DNA of 50,347 nucleotides, from IMG/VR virus record IMGVR_UViG_3300027660_000001; one strand, 5' to 3'. This DNA is from a virus. The notes under the pieces were generated by a model. The model ran no database searches, was not told the DNA's origin, and saw only the letters and a program-made list of their open reading frames with translations. Shown here piece after piece: positions 6,840 to 15,583 of this stretch. A program made the position numbers and the translations under genes. Within the stretch, counting starts at the first letter, position 1. Every line of letters starts with the position of its first letter.

Positions 6840-7528
6840 GCTACAGTGACGCTGAAATCCGACGCCTGAAAAAGGCTCTAGCGGCCGAAGAAGCAGAACT
6901 GGCCGAAGGCGAAACTGAGGAGAGCGACGACATGAGTACCCACAAGACGTTCGCCAAGATCGCCGACCTCATCACGACGACAGACGGCGAATGTCCGCCG
7001 GGCTACATCGAGGTCACCACCACGCTGCTGGAGCCGGGACTGCTTAATCTCGTTCAGAGCCTTGGCAAGCAACTCGCCGAGCGCGACGCGGAGCTTGCCG
7101 CCTCGCATATCGCAACCGAAACGAACTTCAATCTGTACCGTGCTGGCGCTGACCGCATCGCGGTGCTGGAGGCGAGCGCCGAGTATCACAAAGACATGGC
7201 TGCGAAATGGCAGGCAGAGGCGGAGGCCGATCTAGCCCGCATCGCGACGCTCGAAGATGAGCTTGCCGAAGTCAAGGAAGACCGCTACGCCGTGACACGG
7301 CAGCGTACAGAAGCGTTACATCGGCTTGACGAATATATCGCGTTGGACGCCGGCATGGGCGCGACGGTGTTGCAGCTGCGCGCGCGGATTGCGGTGCTGG
7401 AGGCGGCGCTGCGAGAAATAGCCGATTTTGCCGAGCAGTTTATCGGGGACGACGAAGATGGCGACGAGCGCATGTACAAGGTTCACGTCATCGCTGATAA
7501 CGCCCTCGCGCCGCAGGAACCGCCATGA
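6836..7528 (+). CDS. Ala/Glu-rich coiled-coil protein (230 aa)
   Basis: Track ORF 6803..7528 trimmed to the in-frame GTG at 6836 (GTGA overlap with the nuclease stop). Repeated RIAxLE motifs. Visibly GC-richer codon usage than neighbouring genes. Confidence 0.6.
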   Translation: MSYSDAEIRRLKKALAAEEAELAEGETEESDDMSTHKTFAKIADLITTTDGECPPGYIEVTTTLLEPGLLNLVQSLGKQLAERDAELAASHIATETNFNLYRAGADRIAVLEASAEYHKDMAAKWQAEAEADLARIATLEDELAEVKEDRYAVTRQRTEALHRLDEYIALDAGMGATVLQLRARIAVLEAALREIADFAEQFIGDDEDGDERMYKVHVIADNALAPQEPP

Positions 7529-7827
7529 AGTGGACCGACAAGCACGGGCTTGAGCGCTGCGATTGTGCAGAGAGCCATGCCCGCATCGCCGAACTGGAGT
7601 CAGCGCTGCGTGATGTAAATCACTGGGGTATCCGGTATTTCGGCGGGGATGCGCGCTGGCATTCAAGCGTCATTGGAGAACGGATCAAGTCGGTGCTGGC
7701 CGCCCTCGCGCCCCGGACGGCGGGCGAGCCCCTGCCGAAACTCGAATGTGGCATGGGTTGCGGACGCACATTTTGCAGTCCTGAGGGGCGTGATCATCAC
7801 ATTGACAGCAGAGAGATAAAGCTATGA
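7525..7827 (+). CDS. hypothetical protein (100 aa)
   Basis: ATGA overlap. Contains ARIAELESALRD, like the upstream ORF, and belongs to the same GC-rich patch. Confidence 0.6.
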   Translation: MKWTDKHGLERCDCAESHARIAELESALRDVNHWGIRYFGGDARWHSSVIGERIKSVLAALAPRTAGEPLPKLECGMGCGRTFCSPEGRDHHIDSREIKL

Positions 7828-8126
7828 GCGAACACAAGATCCCCCGAAGCCTCAACAACTCTACCCCTTCCGAAGCCTTTCAAATCAACGATCCCGAAGT
7901 CGGCAAGACCTTCGCCGTTCGGGAGTTAACCGATGCTCAAATCCTGCGCTTTATGCAAAATGCCCTGGCGACCCAGCAGCACATGATGAACCAGGCGATG
8001 GCGGCATTGCAACAGGCTCACCAAGCCGCCGCGATGGGGGCGGTTCTGGGATACGAAGCGGATAGAAGGAAGAGATCAATCACGCTGGCCACAGGGGTGG
8101 ACCTGGCGAATTTGAGGCGGCAATGA
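7824..8126 (+). CDS. hypothetical protein (100 aa)
   Basis: ATGA overlap at 7824. Gln/Ala-rich helical sequence. Confidence 0.6.
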   Translation: MSEHKIPRSLNNSTPSEAFQINDPEVGKTFAVRELTDAQILRFMQNALATQQHMMNQAMAALQQAHQAAAMGAVLGYEADRRKRSITLATGVDLANLRRQ

Positions 8127-8269
8127 CCAACGACGACATCCTTCGAATGTGCGATCGGGCTCTTCAGCTTGCTGAGGCGGCACTGATCGAGAAAGAGCGG
8201 CGAATAGTCGATCTCACCTACGAAAAAAGACAGCTAGAAAAGACGCTGTTCGAACGTAAGCCAGAATGA
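8123..8269 (+). CDS. small coiled-coil protein (48 aa)
   Basis: Manual translation MTNDDILRMCDRALQLAEAALIEKERRIVDLTYEKRQLEKTLFERKPE. ATGA overlaps at both ends fill an otherwise empty 140-nt gap. Below the track cut-off. Confidence 0.5.
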   Translation: MTNDDILRMCDRALQLAEAALIEKERRIVDLTYEKRQLEKTLFERKPE

Positions 8270-8529
8270 TACAGTTCAAGCTCGAAATCGAAGAATCCTA
8301 CCTCGTTATTTGCCCCTGGTGCTTCGACTGCTGGGCGCGGATCGAGGGTCAGGATCCTTCGTTCTTCCAGCATCGCTACGTCCCCTGCCTCCATCATCCC
8401 CAGGCCGCGGCGGCCTACGGAGTTGAGGTCTGTGGGTCGCTGGTCGAGGCAGAGCCGGGGTTGATTAACTTCCTCCCCCCTGATTTGATCCAAAGAGAAT
8501 TTAAACTATTCTTCCCAAAGGAGACTTGA
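8266..8529 (+). CDS. hypothetical Cys/His protein (87 aa)
   Basis: Track ORF. Contains CPWCFDC ... CLHH. Confidence 0.55.
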   Translation: MIQFKLEIEESYLVICPWCFDCWARIEGQDPSFFQHRYVPCLHHPQAAAAYGVEVCGSLVEAEPGLINFLPPDLIQREFKLFFPKET

Positions 8530-9395
8530 TGAATGACTCAACCCCCCAAGCCCTCTCCCTACTCCCCGGTGTTAACGTCCTTCTTGAAGGCCCGACAGGA
8601 ACAGGCAAGACCTATGCAATTGGAACCTTGGCAGACGCAGGAGTGGAAGTGTTCTATCTGTTCACAGAGTCCGGTCTGGAAACGACACTCGGATACTGGA
8701 CAGATAGAGGACTTGAGATACCCATCAATGTGCACTGGAATGTGCTTGGCCGCGCTTCAGGCTCATTTGAAATCATGGCAGCCGCCGCTGACACCATCAA
8801 CAGATTAGACCTTGCCTCGCTTTCTAAGATGCAAGACATTAATCGTGCAAAGCATAATCAATATGTGACTTTGCTGAAGACTCTAAACAATTTCAAGGAC
8901 GACCGAACAGGAGAAAGCTTCGGTGACGTGCATTCGTGGGGACCTGATAGGTGCTTATGTATTGATAGTCTCAGCGGCCTTAACCCTATAGTCATGTCCT
9001 TGGTGGTCGGCGGAAAACCTGTTAAATCTCAAGCCGATTGGGGCCTGGCGATGGACCAGTTAGAAAAGCTGATTAGAGAACTAACCGACGCCTGTAAGTG
9101 TCACTTCGTTTTAACCAGTCACGTAGAGCGTGAAGTGGATCAAGTTCTAGGTGGAGTAAAATTAACAGTAGCTACTTTAGGAGTTAAACTAGCTCCAAAA
9201 ATACCTCCAATGTTCAGCGACGTGATTCTAACTAGTCGAGAGGGAGATAAGTTCTTCTGGAGTACTGCTAATAGCCAAGCCGACTTAAAGGCACGTAACT
9301 TGCCTATCAAAGACCATATTACCCCAGACTTTACCCCTATAATCGAAAAGTGGAAATCTCGTGGGGGTGCCTTTACTTCTAGAGTCAAATCATGA
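8529..9395 (+). CDS. RecA-fold AAA ATPase, Sak4/AAA_24-like recombination protein
   Basis: Walker A LLEGPTGTGKTY and Walker B-like RCLCIDSLSG. ATG 8529 is preferred over track TTG 8526 because it lies 5 nt after the GGAG of aaaggagact. Followed, after an HNH insertion, by a DUF669-like gene, as in Sak4 modules. Confidence 0.65.
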   Translation: MNDSTPQALSLLPGVNVLLEGPTGTGKTYAIGTLADAGVEVFYLFTESGLETTLGYWTDRGLEIPINVHWNVLGRASGSFEIMAAAADTINRLDLASLSKMQDINRAKHNQYVTLLKTLNNFKDDRTGESFGDVHSWGPDRCLCIDSLSGLNPIVMSLVVGGKPVKSQADWGLAMDQLEKLIRELTDACKCHFVLTSHVEREVDQVLGGVKLTVATLGVKLAPKIPPMFSDVILTSREGDKFFWSTANSQADLKARNLPIKDHITPDFTPIIEKWKSRGGAFTSRVKS

Positions 9396-9841
9396 ACAGG
9401 AACACTATACACGACCTTTGGAAGTATGTAAAAATAGGCGGCGAAGACGAATGCTGGCCCTGGACAGGCGGAACGCATCAAAAAACTGGTTATGGTAAAG
9501 CTAGAGTCTATGATCGCTCAACAAGATTAGCCCATATACTGATCTTTGAGGCGGCTACTGGTAAGCAGCCTAAAAAGCCAGTGCAACACTCTTGCAACAA
9601 CAAGCCTTGCTGTAACCCAAAACACTTACACGAAGGAACGTACTCTCAAAACCTTAATTACTACCATGCAACTGTTGGAGCTGAAGCGAAGTCAAACACA
9701 GGAATCAAAGGAGTAACATACAGTAACGCAACCAGACAGTACAGAGCAAGAACTAGTCAACACTGTTTATACGTCGGCCCGAGTGTATTTGCTGCTTGGG
9801 CCGCGCGTCTTGAATGGGAACTAAATCAAGTCTATTACTAG
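9392..9841 (+). CDS. free-standing HNH homing endonuclease with AP2-like DNA-binding domain
   Basis: ECWPWTGGTHQKTGYGKARV ... HSCNNKPCCNPKHLHEGTYSQN (HNH_3 pattern), then GIKGVTYSNATRQYRAR (AP2-like). Visibly AT-richer than its surroundings. Confidence 0.8.
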   Translation: MNRNTIHDLWKYVKIGGEDECWPWTGGTHQKTGYGKARVYDRSTRLAHILIFEAATGKQPKKPVQHSCNNKPCCNPKHLHEGTYSQNLNYYHATVGAEAKSNTGIKGVTYSNATRQYRARTSQHCLYVGPSVFAAWAARLEWELNQVYY

Positions 9842-9878
9842 CAAGATCTAATATATAAATCAACCAAAGGTAAAGCAA

Positions 9879-10355
9879 ATGAACGATTCATCTTTCGATC
9901 CGAACCAGTTTCTCGATGCCACGACCACCGAAGCCTTAACCCGCCGCCCTCCTATCCCCGCCGGCCTCGTTCTCCAGGGCATCATCGCCGACGCGGCGGC
10001 TCGATCTTGGGTCTCCAACAAGCCCGAAGCCAAGGTCAAGTCTGGCATCTCGATCGACTTTAAGATCGAGATTGACTTGACTTCCTATCCCGATGTTCTG
10101 GCAGTGGTCAAGATCCCCAAAGTCACTATGACCCCGAATGTGATGCTTGATATGAAAGAGGATGGGAAGTCGATTGATTGGTCAACTGGCAAGAACGGAG
10201 GGCTACGGCGCTACCGCGAAGCTCTGGGAATGAACAACCCTGGAGAAGCCTTTTCGATCCGCCAGATGGTCGGGCGGCCGATTTTGGTGAAAGTGAAACA
10301 CCGAACCTACGAAGGAGAATTTTACGATGAGGTGGATAGCGTAGCCAAGGCCTAA
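9879..10355 (+). CDS. DUF669-like putative ssDNA-binding protein
   Basis: 158 aa. Its position next to the Sak4-like ATPase and the N-terminal FDPNQFLD...PPIPAGLVLQGII pattern resemble DUF669 proteins. By eye only. Confidence 0.4.
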   Translation: MNDSSFDPNQFLDATTTEALTRRPPIPAGLVLQGIIADAAARSWVSNKPEAKVKSGISIDFKIEIDLTSYPDVLAVVKIPKVTMTPNVMLDMKEDGKSIDWSTGKNGGLRRYREALGMNNPGEAFSIRQMVGRPILVKVKHRTYEGEFYDEVDSVAKA

Positions 10356-10369
10356 ACGAACTGTCAACT

Positions 10370-10398
10370 CGCCAGGGAACCCTCACCCTGGCTCTTTT
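10370..10398 (+). terminator. rho-independent terminator
   Basis: GCCAGGG-aaccctca-CCCTGGC followed by TCTTTTT, 15 nt after the stop at 10355. Confidence 0.65.
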
Positions 10399-10414
10399 TC
10401 GGCCGCCGCCCGCA

Positions 10415-10624
10415 ATGAAACTACGTTACCAAACAGAAAAACCAAATCCAGTTGAAGCCGATATCCCGTTGGCTGTCCGCGAGTTTGGCATCTGGATGTG
10501 TTACTGGCCTGGTCTTACCCTTAACGAGTACCAAGCGGAAGCAACAAAACGTGGGCTGGCGCTTCACGACGACGGACTTATAGAGATTTTGGAGCTTTCT
10601 AATGATCCCCATCCAATTTCCTGA
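10415..10624 (+). CDS. hypothetical protein (69 aa)
   Basis: Track ORF. No motifs recognised. Confidence 0.45.
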   Translation: MKLRYQTEKPNPVEADIPLAVREFGIWMCYWPGLTLNEYQAEATKRGLALHDDGLIEILELSNDPHPIS

Positions 10625-10883
10625 ATCCAACGCAACCCTGGCTAGCGAGCAAGAAGAATACGAGCCTCTTCCGGTTTACGTCTGGCCGGGGCTCGAGCGG
10701 CGGATGGCTTTCTGCTGCCGCCTGTCGGACGACGAAATAGCCAAGATCGTGGAAACCAGGACGATCTGGCTTCAGCAACTCACTTTCTGCGCACCCTTTC
10801 AGCCTATTCTGCTTTCTGTCGAACGGCCTGAAGACATGCCCAGTTCACCTCGCAAAAATCCTTACGAACTAAAGGACAAATAG
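10602..10883 (+). CDS. hypothetical protein (93 aa)
   Basis: Track ORF that overlaps the preceding ORF by 23 nt. Confidence 0.5.
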   Translation: MIPIQFPESNATLASEQEEYEPLPVYVWPGLERRMAFCCRLSDDEIAKIVETRTIWLQQLTFCAPFQPILLSVERPEDMPSSPRKNPYELKDK

Positions 10884-11006
10884 ATGAAGCGTCTGTGACT
10901 TAGGCCCACCAGGTAATCAAGCACGTATAATGAATCGAGTTGACGTGTGCGAGTTAGCGACCCCCACATACTAAGACGCTTCAATTATTTATCTTAAGGA
11001 TCAAAG

Positions 11007-12317
11007 ATGAAAGCCATCAAGCTAACCGACATTGGAATCGCTTCCAATCGCCAACGAAAAGAACTCGCCGCCGACCAGTTAATCGAACTCGCCGGTTCAA
11101 TCGCCAAGAACGGGCTCTTGCATCCTGTAGTGGTGAGGGAGAACGTGGGCAACGGATACCTCTTGGTCGCAGGGGAACGGCGGCTCAAGGCCATCGAGCA
11201 CCTTTGGGTCATGGGCGAGAATCTGCGATGCGGCGGCCTCGAGTTTGCCGAAGGGCTGATCCCTTGCACCTACCTAGGCGACCTCGATCCAGTAGATGCT
11301 TTCGAGGCCGAGCTTGAAGAAAACATTCGCCGCCTTGATCTCGACTGGCGCGATCGTTGCATTGCCACCTCTCAGCTCTTCGAGCTACGTAAACTCCAGG
11401 CCGAAAAGGCCCAAGCCGCCGCCCCGACAGTCGCTGACATCGCCATTGAACTCCGGGGGTCGAGCAAGGGGGATTACCAAGAATCTACCCGCCGTGAAAT
11501 CATCATGGCTCGTTATCTCAAGGACCCTGACGTCGCAGCTGCCAAGTCTGTGGACGAAGGGTTCAAAGTCATCAAACGCAAGGAAGAAGCCGCTCGCTCA
11601 GCCGCCCTGGGGGAATCAGTCGGGAGGGTATTCAACGCGCAGTCACATACCCTCCTGTTCGGAGACTGCTTAGCGGCGATGAAGGGTATGAATACTGGAA
11701 CATTCGACTGTATCCTAACGGACCCCCCGTATGGAATCGACGCTCAGGACTTTAACGACTCGGGAGGCAAAGCAAATGCGGCTGGACATACCTACGATGA
11801 TAGCCTGGATTTATGGCGGCTCCTCATGCACGCTTTCGGACGGGAGTCATTTCGTGTTAGTAAGCCCCAAGCGCATGCGTATATTTTCTGCGACATTGAT
11901 AATTTCCTGGAGCTTAGGGCTCTTATGCGTACCGCTGGCTGGAAGGTATTTCGTACTCCACTGGTATGGCACAACCCAACTTCCCAGCGAGCTCCTTGGC
12001 CCCAGCACGGACCTCACCGACGCTACCAAATGTGTCTCTACGCCCTCAAAGGCGACCGTCCAGTCCTCAAACTAGCCCCCGACGTTCTGGAGTACAAATC
12101 AGATGAAAATCTCGGTTGGGCGGCTCAGAAACCTGTTGGACTCTACACGGACCTGCTTGCACGTTCTTGTCGCGCTGGGGATTCTGTTCTTGATCCGTTT
12201 TGCGGGACAGGGACTATCTTTCCTGCAGCGCATGGTGGAAAGATTAGAGCGACGGGGATAGAGATGGATGCGACGGCCTACGGAATCGCTGTCAAACGAC
12301 TTGGAGAACTGAAATGA
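11007..12317 (+). CDS. ParB-like N-terminal domain fused to an N6A/N4C DNA methyltransferase
   Basis: 436 aa. ParB-box-like LLVAGERRLKA at the N-terminus, catalytic motif IV ILTDPPYGI, and AdoMet motif I VLDPFCGTGT at the C-terminus (beta-class order). Confidence 0.85.
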   Translation: MKAIKLTDIGIASNRQRKELAADQLIELAGSIAKNGLLHPVVVRENVGNGYLLVAGERRLKAIEHLWVMGENLRCGGLEFAEGLIPCTYLGDLDPVDAFEAELEENIRRLDLDWRDRCIATSQLFELRKLQAEKAQAAAPTVADIAIELRGSSKGDYQESTRREIIMARYLKDPDVAAAKSVDEGFKVIKRKEEAARSAALGESVGRVFNAQSHTLLFGDCLAAMKGMNTGTFDCILTDPPYGIDAQDFNDSGGKANAAGHTYDDSLDLWRLLMHAFGRESFRVSKPQAHAYIFCDIDNFLELRALMRTAGWKVFRTPLVWHNPTSQRAPWPQHGPHRRYQMCLYALKGDRPVLKLAPDVLEYKSDENLGWAAQKPVGLYTDLLARSCRAGDSVLDPFCGTGTIFPAAHGGKIRATGIEMDATAYGIAVKRLGELK

Positions 12318-12661
12318 GCCACAACGTAGTCAATTCGCCCCAAGGTGAACAGGTCATCAAAGTCCGTCCCAAAGACATTCGCGCTCTAGGCTTAATGCCG
12401 CGAGACGTTGAAGTAATTGGCAGCATAGTCGCTGAACCCCAGTCGTTATGGGTACCAGAAACTGAACGCTACGTTTACCTTCACATTAGATCAACTGTGT
12501 CCTTCAGCAGACCGGAGCGAGCGCCTCTTTGCATCGAAGATCTTTTTGAGTTCTACAACCGCTATATCTCGTTGCGTAGAGACTGGGCGGCTCAACTCGA
12601 ACAAGAGTTAGCTTTTTTCAGCCAGTCTGACCAAATGCCCCGTCATGCTCTGCCGACCTGA
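12314..12661 (+). CDS. hypothetical protein (115 aa)
   Basis: ATGA overlap at 12314. Confidence 0.55.
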   Translation: MSHNVVNSPQGEQVIKVRPKDIRALGLMPRDVEVIGSIVAEPQSLWVPETERYVYLHIRSTVSFSRPERAPLCIEDLFEFYNRYISLRRDWAAQLEQELAFFSQSDQMPRHALPT

Positions 12662-15155
12662 AGGCCCAATCCCCGCCCGTATCATGCTCGTGGGCGAGGC
12701 CCCTGGGTTCGACGAGGAAAGAACGGGCTATCCCTTCCAAGGCGTCAGCGGCCAAGAACTCAACCGGATGCTGGGGGAAGCTGGTATAACTCGTTCTGAG
12801 TGCTTTATTACTAATGTTTGTAGAGTACGACCACCGAACAACGACCTCAACTTATTCATTGCAAAGGCCAAGAAAGATGTTACCTCCCAACACCGAGAAC
12901 TCAAAGGTAAGTGGTGTCTGCCGCCTGTCATCGACGGACATGCATTATTGGCTAAGGAAATCTCGCTGGTCAAACCTAATGTTATCGTTGCGCTTGGCAA
13001 TACGTCATTATGGGCACTTACAGGCATTAGCGGTGTTACAAAGTGGCGAGGTTCCATGCTACACACTACTGGAGATATGGGGGCTACCAAGTGTATCCCC
13101 ACCTATCACCCAGCCGCCGTCCTCCGCGAGTGGTCCTGGCGCGCAGTCGCAGTCTCTGACCTTAGGCGAGCAGCAGGCTTTCGGGATGGCAAACCCTATC
13201 CCAAGCCAGAATGGAAGTTCATTCTACGACCAACTTTCTCGCAAACGATGGAATGCCTTAGTGGAATCCTCCAAAGACTTGACGGAAAAACGAGAGATAC
13301 TAGCAGCCCAGATTCTCAACCAGGCCTTCGCCTCTCCTTCGACCTCGAAACCCGAGGAGGCCACATCGCCTGCGCAGGACTCTCCTGGACCCTCTGCGAC
13401 GCCATTTGTATCCCCTTTATCCACGAAGGATTCCGAGACTACTGGTCCGCTCCCCACGAAGGAGAAATAGTATGGCTCCTCCGCCAAGTCTTGACCCATC
13501 CAAATGCGCAAGTTGTGGGTCAAAACATTCTCTACGATGCTCAATATACCTTCCGTCATTGGCGCTTTGTACCGAATGTCGTACAAGATTGTATGATATC
13601 TCAGCACTCGATCTTCTCAGATTTGCCGAAGAGCTTGGCATTTCAGGCGAGCATGTACTGCAAGTATTACAGCTTTTGGAAAGACGAAGGAAAGAACTGG
13701 GATCCAAAGCTAGGGGAAGAATCACTCTGGCATTATAACTGCCTGGATTGCGTCTACACCGACGAAGGCGGCAGGGTAGAACTCGATTTAGTCTCCAAAC
13801 TCAAACTGGAACCTGTCCATGACTTCCAACAGAAACTATTTTGGCCCGTTTTGCAAACGATGCTGCGAGGAGTTAGAATTGATCTCGATCGCCGGAAAGC
13901 TCTTACCAGCGAAGTCACTGCAGAAATTGAACGACGCAAGGTTTTCCTTAAGGATCTCCTTGGACACGAAATCAATCCTCAAAGCCCAAAGCAAATGTTT
14001 GCTCTGTTTTACGAGGATCTTGGACAACCTGTAATCATGACCCGGGCGAAAAAGGGACAACCCGCAAGGCCAACATTAAATGACGACGCGCTCCAAACAA
14101 TCTCGCTCCGCGAACCGCTTCTCAAGCCTATCATCAACGCCATCAGCGATATACGCACCATGGGCATTTTCCTCTCCAACTTCCTCACCGCCGAGTTGGA
14201 TGAAGATCAAAGAATGCGCTGCGCCTATAACATCGGAGGTTCCGCCAGTGGAAAATCAGCTCCCAAAACCTATCGCCTTAGCAGTTCAGAGAACGCTTTC
14301 GGATCTGGGACCAATCTTCAGAATGTACCTTCAGAGAAATCTAAGTCACTCGGAAAAGCAGCTGCTAGAGGATCTACCACGGGGCTTGGCGACCCGTACA
14401 GTTACCCGAACATTCGTAGCATGTTTATCCCAGACGAAGGTTACACCTTCTTTGATGGTGACCTTGACCGCGCGGATTTACAGGTAGTGATTGCGGAATC
14501 AGGGGATGAGATGCTCCGAGCCGCCGTGGCGATGGGCGTAGATCTTCACCTGATGAACGCCTACATTCTCCAAAACCAAAAGGTTCCCGATCTTTCCGAG
14601 CTGGTCGAGGGGCATCCTAAATACCTTCAATGGCGGGCGCCTATGAAGATGCTCAGGGAATTTGCCAAAGTGTTCGTACACGGGACAAATTATGGAGGCC
14701 AACCACGCACTATGGCTGCTAATACCGGATGGACTGTTAAAGAAGTTGAACGAGCTCAAGGCCTTTGGTTCGGTGCGCATCCTGGTATCAAACGCTGGCA
14801 TGATAGAGTTAAGAGTCAAATTAACCGCTCCCGTTTCATTGAAAACAGATTTGGTTATCGCTGGTACATCTTTGACCGAGTGGATTCAATCGTCCCCGAA
14901 GCCATCGCCTGGGTCCCCCAGTCAACCGTCAGCGTCGTTATCAACAAAATCTGGATGCGAATATATAGCGAGCTGCCCGATGTGCAAGTACTCTTGCAAG
15001 TTCACGACAGCCTCGCCGGACAATTTCCGAATGATAGACTGGATCTGCAAATGCGGATTCAAGAATGTGGGAGAATCGAAATCCCCTACGAAGACCCCCT
15101 CGTCATCCCGTTCAGCGTCAAAACGTCGGAAGTGAGCTGGGGGGCATGCGCATGA
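12645..15155 (+). CDS. polA: family-4-type uracil-DNA glycosylase domain fused to 3'-5' exonuclease/family A DNA polymerase
   Basis: 836 aa. UDG motifs MLVGEAPGFDEERTGYPFQGVSG, NVCRVRPP, YHPAAVLR. Exonuclease motifs FDLETRG, QNILYD. Polymerase motif A DGDLDRADLQV, motif B KVFVHGTNYGG, motif C LQVHDSL. Confidence 0.9.
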   Translation: MLCRPEGPIPARIMLVGEAPGFDEERTGYPFQGVSGQELNRMLGEAGITRSECFITNVCRVRPPNNDLNLFIAKAKKDVTSQHRELKGKWCLPPVIDGHALLAKEISLVKPNVIVALGNTSLWALTGISGVTKWRGSMLHTTGDMGATKCIPTYHPAAVLREWSWRAVAVSDLRRAAGFRDGKPYPKPEWKFILRPTFSQTMECLSGILQRLDGKTRDTSSPDSQPGLRLSFDLETRGGHIACAGLSWTLCDAICIPFIHEGFRDYWSAPHEGEIVWLLRQVLTHPNAQVVGQNILYDAQYTFRHWRFVPNVVQDCMISQHSIFSDLPKSLAFQASMYCKYYSFWKDEGKNWDPKLGEESLWHYNCLDCVYTDEGGRVELDLVSKLKLEPVHDFQQKLFWPVLQTMLRGVRIDLDRRKALTSEVTAEIERRKVFLKDLLGHEINPQSPKQMFALFYEDLGQPVIMTRAKKGQPARPTLNDDALQTISLREPLLKPIINAISDIRTMGIFLSNFLTAELDEDQRMRCAYNIGGSASGKSAPKTYRLSSSENAFGSGTNLQNVPSEKSKSLGKAAARGSTTGLGDPYSYPNIRSMFIPDEGYTFFDGDLDRADLQVVIAESGDEMLRAAVAMGVDLHLMNAYILQNQKVPDLSELVEGHPKYLQWRAPMKMLREFAKVFVHGTNYGGQPRTMAANTGWTVKEVERAQGLWFGAHPGIKRWHDRVKSQINRSRFIENRFGYRWYIFDRVDSIVPEAIAWVPQSTVSVVINKIWMRIYSELPDVQVLLQVHDSLAGQFPNDRLDLQMRIQECGRIEIPYEDPLVIPFSVKTSEVSWGACA

Positions 15156-15583
15156 GCTGGTATCTACGAAAGTTGGGAATAACTGATACACACCCAGTAT
15201 ATCGCGCTTGGTGTGACATGCGACGACGCTGTACAAACCCAAATACTAAAAGTTATAAGCATTACGGAGGCAGAGGTATAAGCTATTGTGCTGATTGGGA
15301 AGATTTTAGAAACTTTTATAGGGATATGTTTCCTACTTGGCAATACGGGTTGCAGCTAGACAGAGAAGACAACGATCTTAACTATAACAAAGATAACTGT
15401 CGTTGGGTTAATAGAACAGTTAGTATGCGCAACAGGAGCTACAATAAGGTGACAATGAGTTTAGCAGATGAAATACGAAGAGTGTATAAATCAGGTAACG
15501 TATCTCAAAGAGAGTTAGCTGAAAGGTACGGTATAAGTCAGCCAAATATAAGCTTGATAGTGACAGATCAGACCTGGATATGA
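15152..15583 (+). CDS. free-standing homing-endonuclease-like DNA-binding protein with C-terminal HTH
   Basis: Track ORF 15065..15583 trimmed to ATG 15152 (ATGA overlap with the polA stop). YRAWCDMRRRCTNPNTKSYKHYGGRGISYCADW...LDREDNDLNYNKDNCRWV is a pattern common in phage HNH-annotated ORFs. C-terminal VSQRELAERYGISQPNISLIV is an HTH. AT-rich patch. Confidence 0.5.
   Translation: MSWYLRKLGITDTHPVYRAWCDMRRRCTNPNTKSYKHYGGRGISYCADWEDFRNFYRDMFPTWQYGLQLDREDNDLNYNKDNCRWVNRTVSMRNRSYNKVTMSLADEIRRVYKSGNVSQRELAERYGISQPNISLIVTDQTWI

Noticed and set aside
10940-10972. TTGACG box upstream of the ParB-methyltransferase gene, plus a TATAAT at about 10926
   Set aside because: No acceptable -10 lies 16-18 nt after TTGACG (the nearest, CATACT, is 21 nt away). 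The TATAAT has no -35 partner, so neither is called as a promoter.
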